Source: Candidatus Bathyarchaeota archaeon (GTDB lineage: Archaea; Thermoproteota; Bathyarchaeia; Bathyarchaeales; Bathycorpusculaceae). From it: DNA of 64,000 nucleotides. Shown here in pieces: positions 52,871 through 62,984 of the stretch. Each line of letters starts with the position of its first letter. Positions within the stretch are counted from its first letter, which is position 1. The notes beneath the pieces were generated by a model, which was not told where the DNA came from, ran no database searches, and was given only the letters and a program-made list of their open reading frames with translations. The stretch lies in contig JADGNF010000023.1 in assembly GCA_017883615.1 (NCBI GenBank), positions 1,664 to 65,663 of the forward strand, given 5' to 3'. Made by a program: the position numbers and the translations under genes.

Positions 52871-53887
52871 TTAGATACTGATTTGGAACATCAGCCTTTC
52901 GACGAGTTCCTTATAGCGGTTCCTGATTGTGACCTCCGTCACTTGTGCAATTTCTGCAATTTCCCGTTGCGTCTTTCGTTCACCGGTCAACACTGACGCG
53001 ATGTAGCTTGCAGCTGCGGCGATACCCGTAGGACCACGTCCAGAAGTTAACTTCAGCTCCTTAGCGGATGCCAAGATTTTGTGGGCGATTTCCTCAACTT
53101 TTCCCTGCATGGTCAGTTGGTTGCTGAATTTTGTAATGTATTGGCTTGGTCTGAGCGGTGGAATCGAATAGTTAAGTTCTTTGATTAGGAAACGGTAGCT
53201 TCGACCGACCTCTTTCTTGTGAACATTGGATGCTGTGGCGATTTCGTCGAGGGTTCTGGGCAGTCCGCACTGTCTGCAAGCGAGGTAAAGTGCAGCTGAA
53301 GTTACACCCTGGATTGAGCGACCTCGAATGAGACGTTCCTTCACAGCTTTACGATAGATAACTGAGGCAGTTTCCAAGATGTTCTTTGGCAGATTCAGGT
53401 TGTTAGAAATCTTTGTGATCTCGGAGAGGGCAAACGCTAAGTTGCGTTCTGTAGCATCGGAAACTCTGATGCGTCTTTGCCATTTCCTTAGGCGATAAAC
53501 TTGGGCTTTCTGGCCTGGAGAAAGGCTTTTGCCGTAAATGTCTCGATCGTGCCAATCGATAGTTGTTGAAAGACCCTTATCGTGAATTGTGTATGTCAAG
53601 GGGGCGCCAACTCTGGTTCGTTTTGATCTTTGCTCGTCATCGAAAGCTCTCCATTCGGGTCCGCGATCGGCGATTTTGGCAGCAACTACGTAGCCGCAGT
53701 CCATGCAGACTATTTCGGCACATTCATAATCACGCATTAACCGGGTGCTTCCGCACTCGGGACAAGATTGCACCTTCATCGCGGCTTCTACACGTTGCGA
53801 CCCTGAAGACGAGTCCGTATCCTCATTCAACCCGTTTTGTCCACTCATGTGTTCTTTAACTCCGTTCTCTTCTCGAGGGAGAGACAT
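52871..53887 (-). CDS. tfb: transcription initiation factor IIB (TFB)
   Basis: 338 aa. Zinc ribbon CPECGS...CMDCG, followed by two cyclin-fold repeats. An alternative ATG at 53848 would remove the 32-nt overlap with gar1. Confidence 0.95.
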   Translation of the reverse strand: MSLPREENGVKEHMSGQNGLNEDTDSSSGSQRVEAAMKVQSCPECGSTRLMRDYECAEIVCMDCGYVVAAKIADRGPEWRAFDDEQRSKRTRVGAPLTYTIHDKGLSTTIDWHDRDIYGKSLSPGQKAQVYRLRKWQRRIRVSDATERNLAFALSEITKISNNLNLPKNILETASVIYRKAVKERLIRGRSIQGVTSAALYLACRQCGLPRTLDEIATASNVHKKEVGRSYRFLIKELNYSIPPLRPSQYITKFSNQLTMQGKVEEIAHKILASAKELKLTSGRGPTGIAAAASYIASVLTGERKTQREIAEIAQVTEVTIRNRYKELVERLMFQISI

Positions 53888-54104
53888 AGAGCTGCCTGTT
53901 AACCAGCATTTCCGGGGCTTTCACAGAGGGCTTAATCACGGCGTACGGAGAAGAAACTGGGCCAATTATGTCAAAGATGCTACCGACATTCTTCAAATTC
54001 TCATCAATGACAGCGGCGCCCAACTTTGGAGCGTTTTCGAGCTTCACAACCATGTTTTGTGACGGCGTCACGTTGAGAACTTTCCCTAATCTCTGCAACA
54101 ACAT
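53856..54104 (-). CDS. gar1: H/ACA RNP component Gar1
   Basis: [23 protein letters not shown]...[29 protein letters not shown] is the Gar1 barrel pattern. gar1-tfb adjacency is common in archaea. ATG 54104 is preferred to TTG 54131. Confidence 0.8.
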   Translation of the reverse strand: MLLQRLGKVLNVTPSQNMVVKLENAPKLGAAVIDENLKNVGSIFDIIGPVSSPYAVIKPSVKAPEMLVNRQLYVSPSRRERS

Positions 54105-54263
54105 CCCCCTCTCGAAAAACAAGAACGTCAACGTAGTACCCCTTATAAATCTTTCTGCAAAAACCCTTAGCTGCTTCTTAAGTTAAACGTTTCAGAGCAG
54201 AAAGCTTCTTAAATAAGTAGTGCGGATATTTTGGTGCCTTAAATTTAAGGGTGAGGCCAAGAT

Positions 54264-54644
54264 ATGTCAAAACCATTTTATGTAAAATATGAAGCACCAA
54301 AGGAAGTTGTAGATGCAGCCTATGAAGCCCTAACTATAGCTTCAAAAACAGGACTAGTCCGAAAAGGAACCAACGAAGCAACTAAAGCTGTGGAACGAGC
54401 GATAGCGAAACTCGTAGTCATAGCTGAAGACGTTGAACCACCAGAAGTCATCGCCCACTTACCATTACTATGCGACGAAAGAAAAATCCCGTACGTGTTC
54501 GTACCAAGTAAAGAACAAATCGGCAAAGCCATCGGCATCGATGTCCCAGCAGCTTCCGCATGCATAATCAAAGAAGGAGAAGCCACAGGCTTAATCAAAG
54601 AAATCATTACGCGCCTTGAACAAATGAAGAAGGGCACTCAGTAA
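54264..54644 (+). CDS. rpl7ae: 50S ribosomal protein L7Ae
   Basis: 126 aa. Contains [49 protein letters not shown]. Confidence 0.95.
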   Translation: MSKPFYVKYEAPKEVVDAAYEALTIASKTGLVRKGTNEATKAVERAIAKLVVIAEDVEPPEVIAHLPLLCDERKIPYVFVPSKEQIGKAIGIDVPAASACIIKEGEATGLIKEIITRLEQMKKGTQ

Positions 54645-54877
54645 TGAGCACTAAGGAAGAGAAAGCGCAGGCAGCTGAAGCTCTTACACCAGCAGAAGTA
54701 ATCCAAATCATAGCCCGCACTGGAGTCACAGGGGAAATTACACAAGCACGCGTACGCATACTCGAAGGCAGAGACAAGGGACGCATCATCACACGAAACG
54801 TTAAAGGACCAGTACGAGTCCAAGACCTTCTGATGCTGCGAGAAACAGAACGCGAAGCAAAGAAAATCAACAGATAA
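54644..54877 (+). CDS. rps28e: 30S ribosomal protein S28e
   Basis: 77 aa. Contains [46 protein letters not shown]. Its start overlaps the L7Ae stop (TAATG). Confidence 0.95.
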   Translation: MSTKEEKAQAAEALTPAEVIQIIARTGVTGEITQARVRILEGRDKGRIITRNVKGPVRVQDLLMLRETEREAKKINR

Positions 54878-54894
54878 AAAAGGGGCACGCGTAT

Positions 54895-55092
54895 ATGCCG
54901 AAACCAAGAAAATGTTCATTTTGTGGCACCGAGTTCCCAGCTGGCACTGGAATGATGCACGTTAAGAACGACGGCACAATTCTGTGGTTTGATTCAAACA
55001 AGTGCAAGAAAAGCTCATTGCTGTTCCATCGCGACGCACGCAAACTCAAGTGGACAACCTACTTCGGGAAAGAAGAAAAAGGCAAAGCCTAA
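54895..55092 (+). CDS. rpl24e: 50S ribosomal protein L24e
   Basis: 65 aa. Contains RKCSFCGTEFPAGTGMMHVKNDGTILWFDSNKCKK. Confidence 0.95.
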   Translation: MPKPRKCSFCGTEFPAGTGMMHVKNDGTILWFDSNKCKKSSLLFHRDARKLKWTTYFGKEEKGKA

Positions 55093-55443
55093 ACCGGCAA
55101 GCCAACCAACAATTTTTTCCTATTTTAATTTTAGACTTCAGTACTTTACTCCAGAGTATGTTGGAACCGTTGAAAAAGCAAATTGACAACTTTTAGCTAA
55201 TTTTTGTTACAGCAATATGCGCAACGGCAAACAGGAACCAAACCTAACAACAAGATGCGACAAGCTGAAAACCTGTTGATTGTTGTACATAGTGGGGATC
55301 TTATTACTGCATACAAGAGAAAAATAGGTACAGCAGCAAACCTGCAATTTAACGGAGCTATTATAGTTTCTACAGACAGGGGTTATAAGAGAAAATCGCA
55401 AGTCAGATTCAAGAACAGGGCGCAGGGATTTTGTGGCGGATGA

Positions 55444-55522
55444 TGGTAGCGGGGAGTAGATTTGAACTACTGATCTCTGGGTTATGAGCCCAGCGGGTTA
55501 ATCCTGGCTACCCCACCCCGCT
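55444..55522 (-). tRNA. initiator tRNA-Met (anticodon CAT), CCA encoded
   Basis: The minus strand reads AGCGGGGTGGGGTAGCCAGGATTAACCCGCTGGGCTCATAACCCAGAGATCAGTAGTTCAAATCTACTCCCCGCTACCA. It has an A1:U72 pair, three consecutive G:C pairs at the bottom of the anticodon stem (CTGGG/CCCAG) and the loop CTCATAA. These are hallmarks of archaeal initiator tRNA. Confidence 0.9.
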
Positions 55523-55655
55523 GCAAACTTCTTAGGACAGAACCTAAGTGGATTCTTGATACTACCTCTCTGCCAATTATTAATAGTTTCTTTTTTATGG
55601 GCGCAAAAGCATTTTAGAGGCGCCAATTCATCAGTACACTGAAGGGCACCTTGCA

Positions 55656-56315
55656 ATGGATAAGCCGTATTTGCGTGAGCTGTCAAACCCAAATCTAGAA
55701 AACCCGACGTTCATACAGGGACTCCCTGGATTTGGCAACGTGGGCAGAATCGCCGCGCACCTCCTGATAAAATATTGCAAGGCAAAGCCATTTGCGGAGT
55801 TGTATTCACCAAGCTTCCCCGACTACGTTGCAGTCAACTCGAAAGGCACCTGTCATTTGCCCCGTTATGATTTTTACTCAGCTACGCTTGAAGGCACAAA
55901 CTATGTTATCATGTCTGGGGAGACGCAGCCATCATTTGATGATGTTCTGGCGCATTACGAAGTTTGCGGCGAGATTGTGGATTATGTTCAAAAGCTCGGT
56001 TGCCGATTCGTCATAACTGTCGGCGGCGTACCCTTAACAGAGGAGAAAGCCCAGGTGTATATAGCAGCAACATCACCAAGACTCGCGACGGAATTCATGG
56101 AGAAAGGCGGCGCCGCCATCTATAGCCGAGGCAGAATCGTGGGCGAAACAGGCTTAACTTTGGCCTTGGCAAAAGAACGCGGTTTAGAGGGCATCTGCGT
56201 ATTAGGTGCAACGGCTGGTTTCGAGTCGGATAAAGGTGCAGGTATGCTTGCTTTCAAGTTTTTGATGAAGGCTTTAGGAAAAGAGATAAAAGAAGGGTTA
56301 CCAGAAACACAGTAA
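55656..56315 (+). CDS. PAC2-family proteasome assembly chaperone-like protein
   Basis: 219 aa. PTFIQGLPGFGNVGRIAAHLL...MSGETQP...ITVGG fits the archaeal PAC2 family pattern. Confidence 0.75.
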   Translation: MDKPYLRELSNPNLENPTFIQGLPGFGNVGRIAAHLLIKYCKAKPFAELYSPSFPDYVAVNSKGTCHLPRYDFYSATLEGTNYVIMSGETQPSFDDVLAHYEVCGEIVDYVQKLGCRFVITVGGVPLTEEKAQVYIAATSPRLATEFMEKGGAAIYSRGRIVGETGLTLALAKERGLEGICVLGATAGFESDKGAGMLAFKFLMKALGKEIKEGLPETQ

Positions 56316-56342
56316 CCGTGAGCGTTTGCGAGACGAGTCTGA

Positions 56343-56582
56343 ATGACACAAAACGACCAAATAAAGACCATGGACAATAGCTTCCTCAGTTCCAAGTTCG
56401 GAAAAGTCTTAATGACGATAGTTGCAGTTTTCCTTGTTTTCGCTGGACCAACGTATGTGGTCTACGGATTAGCCGTTGTCATCAAACTGGATCTTGCCGC
56501 TGCATTCGGCGTGGGATTGGTTCTCTTCATCATCGGGTTAGTCATGATGCGTTATCTAGTGCAAAAGAAAATCATATCTTAA
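56343..56582 (+). CDS. possible small two-helix membrane protein
   Basis: 79-aa ORF with two hydrophobic helices. No other support. Confidence 0.3.
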   Translation: MTQNDQIKTMDNSFLSSKFGKVLMTIVAVFLVFAGPTYVVYGLAVVIKLDLAAAFGVGLVLFIIGLVMMRYLVQKKIIS

Positions 56583-56787
56583 CTTTTTTGCCTCAGATAC
56601 CCCAGGGTGCATCATCAAGTCAGCTGTTAAGTATTCTTCATCGGCAACTTGTAAGCCGTGCAGCATCTATTAAATTTGTTCACCCAAAAACGAGTTAACC
56701 GTTTCACCGTTAGCATCTGGCTGTACGTTTTAGACCTGAATTTGGACTCAACAAAGCATATAACCTATTCCAACCGACATACTCGGT

Positions 56788-57396
56788 ATGCCAAGTGATG
56801 GGAAAAAGAATTCTAACCAATTTCTGGGTAAAAACAGCCTAAGCTCATCAGCCAGGCGAACAACCATCATTCTGGACAAGGAAGAACGCGAATTCATCGA
56901 CTCATTAATCCGTGAGGGCAAAGAACCCGGGATTAAACCGCTCATCAGCAAGATGCTTGATGTTTATAGAAACATGATGGTTTATGACTGGCGGTTCCCT
57001 GGAGAATACTACTGTGGCATAAGCCGTATCGCTTTCGTCAACGTGGAAATAATCAATATTCTAATTCAGCAGACCCCCAAAGAGAAATGGCGCGAAATCG
57101 GCAGAAAAATGGGTGCCGGCTTGAAAGTATCAATGGAAACCACGTTAGACATGGCTGCCATAACGAGGGATAATTGGGACAGCGTCTTTAAGAGATTGAG
57201 AGTGCAGGGTTTTGGCGACTTCTACACAAAAGACAAGTACCTGCTCGCAAAGACGCCGTTCATCAACGAGTGGGATATCTTGGCAGGAGTCCTTGAAGGA
57301 CTGTTGGAAGTCGAGTTGGATCTGAAGAACACTATTCCGCCTCTTGTTTTTGAAGTGCTCAAAGGCTCCAATGCGCTCCAAGCAAAACAAGCGTAG
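56788..57396 (+). CDS. hypothetical protein (possible N-terminal RHH-like segment)
   Basis: 202-aa ORF. RRTTIILDKEEREFIDSLIREG resembles a CopG/RHH beta-strand plus helix. The rest is unrecognised. Confidence 0.45.
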   Translation: MPSDGKKNSNQFLGKNSLSSSARRTTIILDKEEREFIDSLIREGKEPGIKPLISKMLDVYRNMMVYDWRFPGEYYCGISRIAFVNVEIINILIQQTPKEKWREIGRKMGAGLKVSMETTLDMAAITRDNWDSVFKRLRVQGFGDFYTKDKYLLAKTPFINEWDILAGVLEGLLEVELDLKNTIPPLVFEVLKGSNALQAKQA

Positions 57397-57669
57397 GTTA
57401 AAGCTTAAATCGCGATTTGACTGCTAAGATACGTTTATTAGAATGACTCACTAATGGTGCAATCCAGTGATTAAACATGAGGGATTGCATTCACCAAAGG
57501 CGATTGCGTTCATCCGAACTAAATGCAGTCGAAACCCTAATCGTTTAGAAACGAAAAATTATTCTATCGTACGCATACTCTCAAATCGAAAACAGTTTTG
57601 TCAGACAGAAAATCAAGTAGCAAACACTCTAAATGTTTCCTTAATCAAAAAAAGTGAAAGTGACTTAAT

Positions 57670-58665
57670 ATGGACAAAATAAAATTCGCCATACCAAAAG
57701 GCTCCCTAGAAAAAGCAACAGCAGAATTCTTCTCTAAATCAGGCTTCAAAATCGGCGGAACAGAACGCACATACCGCCCAAGCATAAACGACCCCCAAAT
57801 AGAACTGAAGGTTCTGCGACCCCAAGAAATCCCCGTTTTCGTCTCTGAAGGTCTACAAGACATAGGAATCACAGGCGAAGACTGGGTAAAAGAAAACCGC
57901 GCCGACGTCGAAATCCTCCAAAACCTCGAATACGGCAAAATCCGCCTCGTCATAGCCGTCCCAAAAAGCGTACCAGAAAACACCACAATGAGCGAATACA
58001 TGGAGTCTATCTGGAACCAGGGCAAGAACTTCCGCGTCAGCACTGAATACCTCAACATTGCCTCCGAATACCTCAAGAGCCAACCCTCCTACAAGAAACG
58101 CTTTGGCAAAGCCGACCCAATGTTTGTTACCCCTTGGTGGCGGAAAGGCGACAACGCCCGCGCCAAAATTTTCTTGTCATTTGGTGCTACCGAAGCTAAA
58201 CCACCGGAAGATTCCGATTGCATCATGGACGTTACTGAAACCGGCAGCACCATAGAGGCAAACAACCTGCGAATCATAGAAACCGTCATGCAGTCCGCCG
58301 CTGTACTAATCGCAAACAAGAAAGCGTTAGAAGATCCGGAGAAACAGGAAAAAATCTACGACATAGTCGCACTGCTCAAAGGCGTCGTAGACGGCTCAAA
58401 ACGCATACACATATTCGTTAACGTAAAAAAGGCGAACCTGCAAAAACTGCTAACTGAGCTGCCGGCATTGAAAAACCCAACTATATCGCCACTAGCCGAC
58501 GACACATGGGTCAGCGTCAACACTGTCATCGAAAAAGACTGTCTCATCGGACTGCTACCAAAAATACGCAAACTCGCTCAAGGCTTAGTGGTTTATGAGC
58601 CGCGGCAGGTTCTGGCGTTAGACGAAATGGCGCGGAGAAAAGAAGGCAAATGCCAAACCGACTAA
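57670..58665 (+). CDS. hisG: ATP phosphoribosyltransferase (long form)
   Basis: 331 aa. Contains KFAIPKGSLEKAT...LRPQEIPVFVSEGLQDIGITGEDWV...DVTETGSTIEAN. First gene of the his operon. Confidence 0.9.
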   Translation: MDKIKFAIPKGSLEKATAEFFSKSGFKIGGTERTYRPSINDPQIELKVLRPQEIPVFVSEGLQDIGITGEDWVKENRADVEILQNLEYGKIRLVIAVPKSVPENTTMSEYMESIWNQGKNFRVSTEYLNIASEYLKSQPSYKKRFGKADPMFVTPWWRKGDNARAKIFLSFGATEAKPPEDSDCIMDVTETGSTIEANNLRIIETVMQSAAVLIANKKALEDPEKQEKIYDIVALLKGVVDGSKRIHIFVNVKKANLQKLLTELPALKNPTISPLADDTWVSVNTVIEKDCLIGLLPKIRKLAQGLVVYEPRQVLALDEMARRKEGKCQTD

Positions 58666-59954
58666 CCGTGAAGGTCTGGGACTCCGCCCAGCTTCCCTCC
58701 GATTGGGTCAAACGAGGAAAAACTGACGACAAAGGCAGCGAAGATGTGGAAAAAACCGTTGGAAACGTCCTCGGAGAGGTCAGACAACGGGGAGATGTTG
58801 CGGTCGTTGAGTTCACGGAAAGATTCGACAAAACCAAACTGACCCCAAAAGACATGAGGGTGACAGATAAGGAAATCGAGGCAGCCTACAAAGCAGTCAC
58901 CAAAGAACAAGTCGCTGCCCTAAAATTCGTGAAGGAAAAGCTGGAGGCCATAGAAGAACTGACGCTCCTACAGCAGCCTGCCAAAACTACGCATGAAGGC
59001 ATAACAGTGCAAACTGCGTTGCGTCCGGTGGAGAGTGTCGGATGCTACGTTCCAGGAGGACAAGCAATTTACCCCAGCACACTTGTTATGACCGCTACCC
59101 CGGCCAAAGTTGCAGGCGTTCAAAGAATCGTCGTTTGCTCCCCACCCACCACAAACGGCACCATTAATCCGCTGATTCTGGTTGCGGCGGACATCTGCGG
59201 GGTGGACGAGGTTTATAAGATCGGTGGAGTGCAAGCAATAGCCGCATTAGCATACGGCACAGAAAGCATCAAGCCAGTCAGGAAAATCGTTGGTCCAGGA
59301 AGCAAGTACGTCACCGCCGCCAAAATCTTAGTTTCGCAGCATGTTGCCATCGACATGCCAGCGGGTCCAAGTGAAGTCCTCGTCTTAGCTGATGAATCGG
59401 CGAACACCAAACTGATTGCCGCCGACATGGTTAGCCAAGCTGAACATGGCGCAGACAGCGTTGCTGGACTTGTTACGACTTCGACAAAGTTGGCGGACGA
59501 AGTTCAGGGTTGGCTTGAAAAGCTTGTTGATGCAGCCAAACGGAAAGAAATCGTGCATGAAGCGCTTTCAAAGTACGGATTCATAATTACATGTAAGGAA
59601 CGCGACGAGTTGGCAGTCTTGGCGAATTTGTTTGCGCCAGAACACTTAGAAATAGTTACCCAGAACCCAGCGGAAATCGCGGAAAAGATCACGACCGCAG
59701 GACTAATCCTAATCGGGCAGTTTAGTCCAGTCGCGCTGAGCGACTACGCCAGCGGAACCGACCATGTGTTGCCAACAGGCGGTTACGGTTACGCGTTTTC
59801 AGGACTAAGCGTCCTAGACTTCACGCGCCGAGTCAGCATAGTTGAAAGCTCAAAAGAGGGGCTGCAAAAAGTTAAATCAACAATCAAGGTGCTTACAGAA
59901 GCGGAAGGACTTCCTAATCACTACAAAGCCGTTGAAGCGAGGTTTGAACAATGA
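58650..59954 (+). CDS. hisD: histidinol dehydrogenase
   Basis: 434 aa. Contains VGCYVPGG.A.YPSTLVM, IAADMVSQAEHG and SDYASGTDHVLPTGG. Confidence 0.95.
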   Translation: MPNRLTVKVWDSAQLPSDWVKRGKTDDKGSEDVEKTVGNVLGEVRQRGDVAVVEFTERFDKTKLTPKDMRVTDKEIEAAYKAVTKEQVAALKFVKEKLEAIEELTLLQQPAKTTHEGITVQTALRPVESVGCYVPGGQAIYPSTLVMTATPAKVAGVQRIVVCSPPTTNGTINPLILVAADICGVDEVYKIGGVQAIAALAYGTESIKPVRKIVGPGSKYVTAAKILVSQHVAIDMPAGPSEVLVLADESANTKLIAADMVSQAEHGADSVAGLVTTSTKLADEVQGWLEKLVDAAKRKEIVHEALSKYGFIITCKERDELAVLANLFAPEHLEIVTQNPAEIAEKITTAGLILIGQFSPVALSDYASGTDHVLPTGGYGYAFSGLSVLDFTRRVSIVESSKEGLQKVKSTIKVLTEAEGLPNHYKAVEARFEQ

Positions 59955-61066
59955 ATTCAAAGTGTGAAGCATGGTTAGGGAAGAAGCTTAATGAATTGAA
60001 GGGTTCAGAAGTTTACGTTGCTGAGAAAACAAACGAGGAAATTGCGAAGCAGTATGGACTCAAAATAAGCGACATCGTGAAACTCAACTACAACGAGAAC
60101 CTTTACATCCCACGCGAAAAAGTAGCGGCAATGCTCAAAGATGTTGCAGATGAGGTTGATGTTCGGATTTACCCGCAAGATGAAGAGTTCATGCTTAAAG
60201 AAGCTATAGCGGAATACCTGAATGTTACAGCAGACTGTGTAACGCTTGGCAACTCTAGCGATGAAGTTATGGAACGAACCATCCGCCTCTTCCTCGGTAA
60301 GGGCGAAAGCGCAGTGACGTTTACTCCAACATTCTCCGTGTTCAAATGTGACGTTGACTATCAGGGCTCGGAATATGTTACTGTTCCGCTGAAAGACGAT
60401 TTCAGCATTGACATGGAAGGCATGCTCAAAACATTCACCTCAACGGCGAAGCTGATGTATTTGTGCTCGCCCAACAACCCGACAGCCAGCCAACTTAAAC
60501 CCAGAGAAATCGAGACTCTCATCGAAGAGTTCCCCGGCATCGTCTTAGTGGACGAGGCTTATGCAGAGTACGCAGACTACTCAATTGTCCCCTTGATTAA
60601 GAAATACGAGAATCTAATAGTTTTAAGGACGTTTTCGAAGGCTTTCAGCTTGGCGGGTCTAAGACTCGGCTACGCTCTTGCAGGTCCAGGCCTTACAAAA
60701 GCGTTAGATAGAACACCAGCACCGTACGTGGTGAACGTCGTTTCGCTTCGCATGGGCAGGAAAATGCTCGAAAACATCGAAGTAATGCGAGAATCAGTAA
60801 AGGTGTTGAAAGCGGAGCGGAGAAAACTCATAAATCAACTCAACGAAATAAAAGGCATAGAAGCGTTTGATTCCAAAGCGAATTTCGTCCTTTTCAACAC
60901 GGATAAGCCCTCAGGCGAGGTTTATGAGGCTGCATTGAAGCAGGGCTTGGTAATCAAAAAGCTTGGAAAGTTGCTAAAGTACCAAAACTGCCTACGAACC
61001 ACCGTTGGGTTGCCCAAAATGAACGCCAAACTCCTAAAAGCACTAGGCGAATATATGGAGGATTAA
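59951..61066 (+). CDS. hisC: histidinol-phosphate aminotransferase
   Basis: 371 aa. Class II aminotransferase with LNYNEN, VLVDEAYAEY and RTFSKAFSLAGLRLGY (PLP-binding Lys). ATGA overlap with hisD. Confidence 0.9.
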   Translation: MNSKCEAWLGKKLNELKGSEVYVAEKTNEEIAKQYGLKISDIVKLNYNENLYIPREKVAAMLKDVADEVDVRIYPQDEEFMLKEAIAEYLNVTADCVTLGNSSDEVMERTIRLFLGKGESAVTFTPTFSVFKCDVDYQGSEYVTVPLKDDFSIDMEGMLKTFTSTAKLMYLCSPNNPTASQLKPREIETLIEEFPGIVLVDEAYAEYADYSIVPLIKKYENLIVLRTFSKAFSLAGLRLGYALAGPGLTKALDRTPAPYVVNVVSLRMGRKMLENIEVMRESVKVLKAERRKLINQLNEIKGIEAFDSKANFVLFNTDKPSGEVYEAALKQGLVIKKLGKLLKYQNCLRTTVGLPKMNAKLLKALGEYMED

Positions 61067-61067
61067 G

Positions 61068-61643
61068 ATGAGAACCGACGAAGTCTATAGAAAAACTAAG
61101 GAAACTGAAGTCACCGCCAAGGTGAATCTTGATGGTGAAGGAAAAATCGAAGTGGAGACAGGAGTGCCTTTCTTTGACCATCTTTTGACGAGTTTTGCCA
61201 CGCATAGCCTCATCGACGTAACCGTCAAGGTGAAAGGCGATTTGAAGCACCACAGCATCGAAGACTTAGCCATCGGCTTAGGCGAAGCGCTCAGCAAGTC
61301 TTTAGGCACGCGGGAAGGCATTACACGCTTTGGCAACGCAACTGTACCCATGGACGACTCTGTCGCATCTGCAGCCGTAGACCTAGTGAAACGCCCATAC
61401 GCCGTCATTGACCTAAAGCTCAGAGGCAAAAAAGTCGAGGACATGGCAACCGAAGACATCGTGCATTTCTTCGAAACCCTCGCCACATCTTTGGGCGCAA
61501 ATATTCACGTTTGGACGCTCTATGGCGGTAACGATCACCACAAAGCAGAAGCAGCCATCAAAGCACTGGCGCTGAGCCTTAAACAAGCACTCGCAATGGA
61601 TCCCAGACGGAAAGGTGTCCCAAGCTCGAAGGGTGCCATGTAA
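61068..61643 (+). CDS. hisB: imidazoleglycerol-phosphate dehydratase
   Basis: 191 aa. Contains RKTKETEV...TGVPFFDHLL...DLKHHSIEDLAI..G and GGNDHHKAEAA.KA. Confidence 0.95.
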   Translation: MRTDEVYRKTKETEVTAKVNLDGEGKIEVETGVPFFDHLLTSFATHSLIDVTVKVKGDLKHHSIEDLAIGLGEALSKSLGTREGITRFGNATVPMDDSVASAAVDLVKRPYAVIDLKLRGKKVEDMATEDIVHFFETLATSLGANIHVWTLYGGNDHHKAEAAIKALALSLKQALAMDPRRKGVPSSKGAM

Positions 61644-62248
61644 TGCCGCAGGTACTAATCGTCGACTATGGCGTAGGCAACCTGCTCAGCCTAAAATTCG
61701 CCCTCGAAAAGGCAGGGTTGAAAGCGAAGATTGCTACACAGTCCCAGAAATTCAAGGAGGCTGATGCAATCGCGCTGCCAGGTGTTGGAAACTTCACAGC
61801 CGCCGCGAAGGCGCTTAACTCGGTGAAACAGGAGCTGGTGGACGCTGTCGAAGCGGGCACACCGATTCTTGGCATCTGCCTCGGGCTGCAACTTTACTTT
61901 GAAGCCAGCGAAGAAGGACCCGGCGAGGGCTTGGCGTTCTTCAAGGGCAAAAACGTTAGGTTAACGGGCCAAGTGAAGATTCCGCATATGGGCTGGAACA
62001 CCATCCAAAAAGTCGAACAAAACGAGTTGTTCGATGGCGTCGCAGACGACTCCTACGTTTACTTCGTTCACTCGCTCTACCCAGTGCCCGCTGACAAGGA
62101 GATAATCTGCACCCAAACCGAATACGCGCAAACCTTCACTTCTGCCGTAGCCAGCAAAAACATCTATGGAACCCAATTCCACCCAGAAAAAAGCGGCGAT
62201 GTGGGCTTACAAATCCTCAAAAACTTCGCCCAAATTGTATCAAGGTGA
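61643..62248 (+). CDS. hisH: imidazole glycerol phosphate synthase, glutaminase subunit
   Basis: 201 aa. Contains LPGVGNF, GICLGLQL (nucleophile Cys) and QFHPEKSG. Confidence 0.95.
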   Translation: MPQVLIVDYGVGNLLSLKFALEKAGLKAKIATQSQKFKEADAIALPGVGNFTAAAKALNSVKQELVDAVEAGTPILGICLGLQLYFEASEEGPGEGLAFFKGKNVRLTGQVKIPHMGWNTIQKVEQNELFDGVADDSYVYFVHSLYPVPADKEIICTQTEYAQTFTSAVASKNIYGTQFHPEKSGDVGLQILKNFAQIVSR

Positions 62249-62982
62249 CAAACATGCAAGTTATTCCAGCAATCGACTTAATGAAAGGCAAAGTTGCCCG
62301 CTTAATCCGAGGCGACCCAGAACAAGCCACCTTCTACAACAGTATGGGCACGCCCGTGGAAATTGCGCTCCAATGGAAAAACGAAGGCGCCCAGCGACTA
62401 CACATTATTGATTTAGACGCGGCATTTGGTAAGCCGGACAACCTTAAAGTAGTGTCCGCAATCGCGGAGGCTACGAAGTTACCGATTCAGGTAGGCGGCG
62501 GAATCCGCACCGTAGAAGCCGTTGAAAGACTCTTAAACGCAGGTATCCAGTACGTCATTTTGGGTTCATTGGCGCTACGCACTCCAACTGCCGTGACTCA
62601 GCTTCAGGCAAAGTTTGGCGCCGACCGAATCATCGTAGCACTGGACCACCGAGAAGGCATTGTGATGGCTGAAGGATGGACAAGCACCACCTCATTCACA
62701 CTCGAAGACGCAATAGAAGCTTACGCGAAACTCGGCGTGAAAGCCTTCCTAATTACTTCGATAACTAAGGATGGTACGCTTTCGGGTCCCGACTTAGATA
62801 CCTTGGAGGAAGCATGCAAGTGGTCAGGTCAAGGAGGCATCATCGCGGCAGGCGGCATAGGCACCCTCAAAGACCTTGTTGCGCTCAAACGTGTCGGAGT
62901 CGAGGCTGCTGTCGTGGGGAAGGCTCTTTACGAGGGCAAATTCTCACTTAAAGAAGCAATAGAAACCGTGAAGGAGAACTAA
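62245..62982 (+). CDS. hisA: 1-(5-phosphoribosyl)-5-[(5-phosphoribosylamino)methylideneamino]imidazole-4-carboxamide isomerase
   Basis: 245 aa. Contains [30 protein letters not shown] and AAGGIG. GTGA overlap with hisH; an alternative ATG lies at 62254. Confidence 0.95.
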   Translation: MTNMQVIPAIDLMKGKVARLIRGDPEQATFYNSMGTPVEIALQWKNEGAQRLHIIDLDAAFGKPDNLKVVSAIAEATKLPIQVGGGIRTVEAVERLLNAGIQYVILGSLALRTPTAVTQLQAKFGADRIIVALDHREGIVMAEGWTSTTSFTLEDAIEAYAKLGVKAFLITSITKDGTLSGPDLDTLEEACKWSGQGGIIAAGGIGTLKDLVALKRVGVEAAVVGKALYEGKFSLKEAIETVKEN

Positions 62983-62984
62983 AC

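Noticed and set aside
55093-55443. A 350-nt gap after the L24e gene, checked for an ncRNA (SRP RNA, RNase P RNA, C/D or H/ACA sRNA) or an ndk-like gene
   Set aside because: I could find no convincing C/D box pairs, ACA-terminated hairpins or GC-rich conserved helices. The listed ORFs (55204..55443, 55207..55401) look random. Left unannotated.
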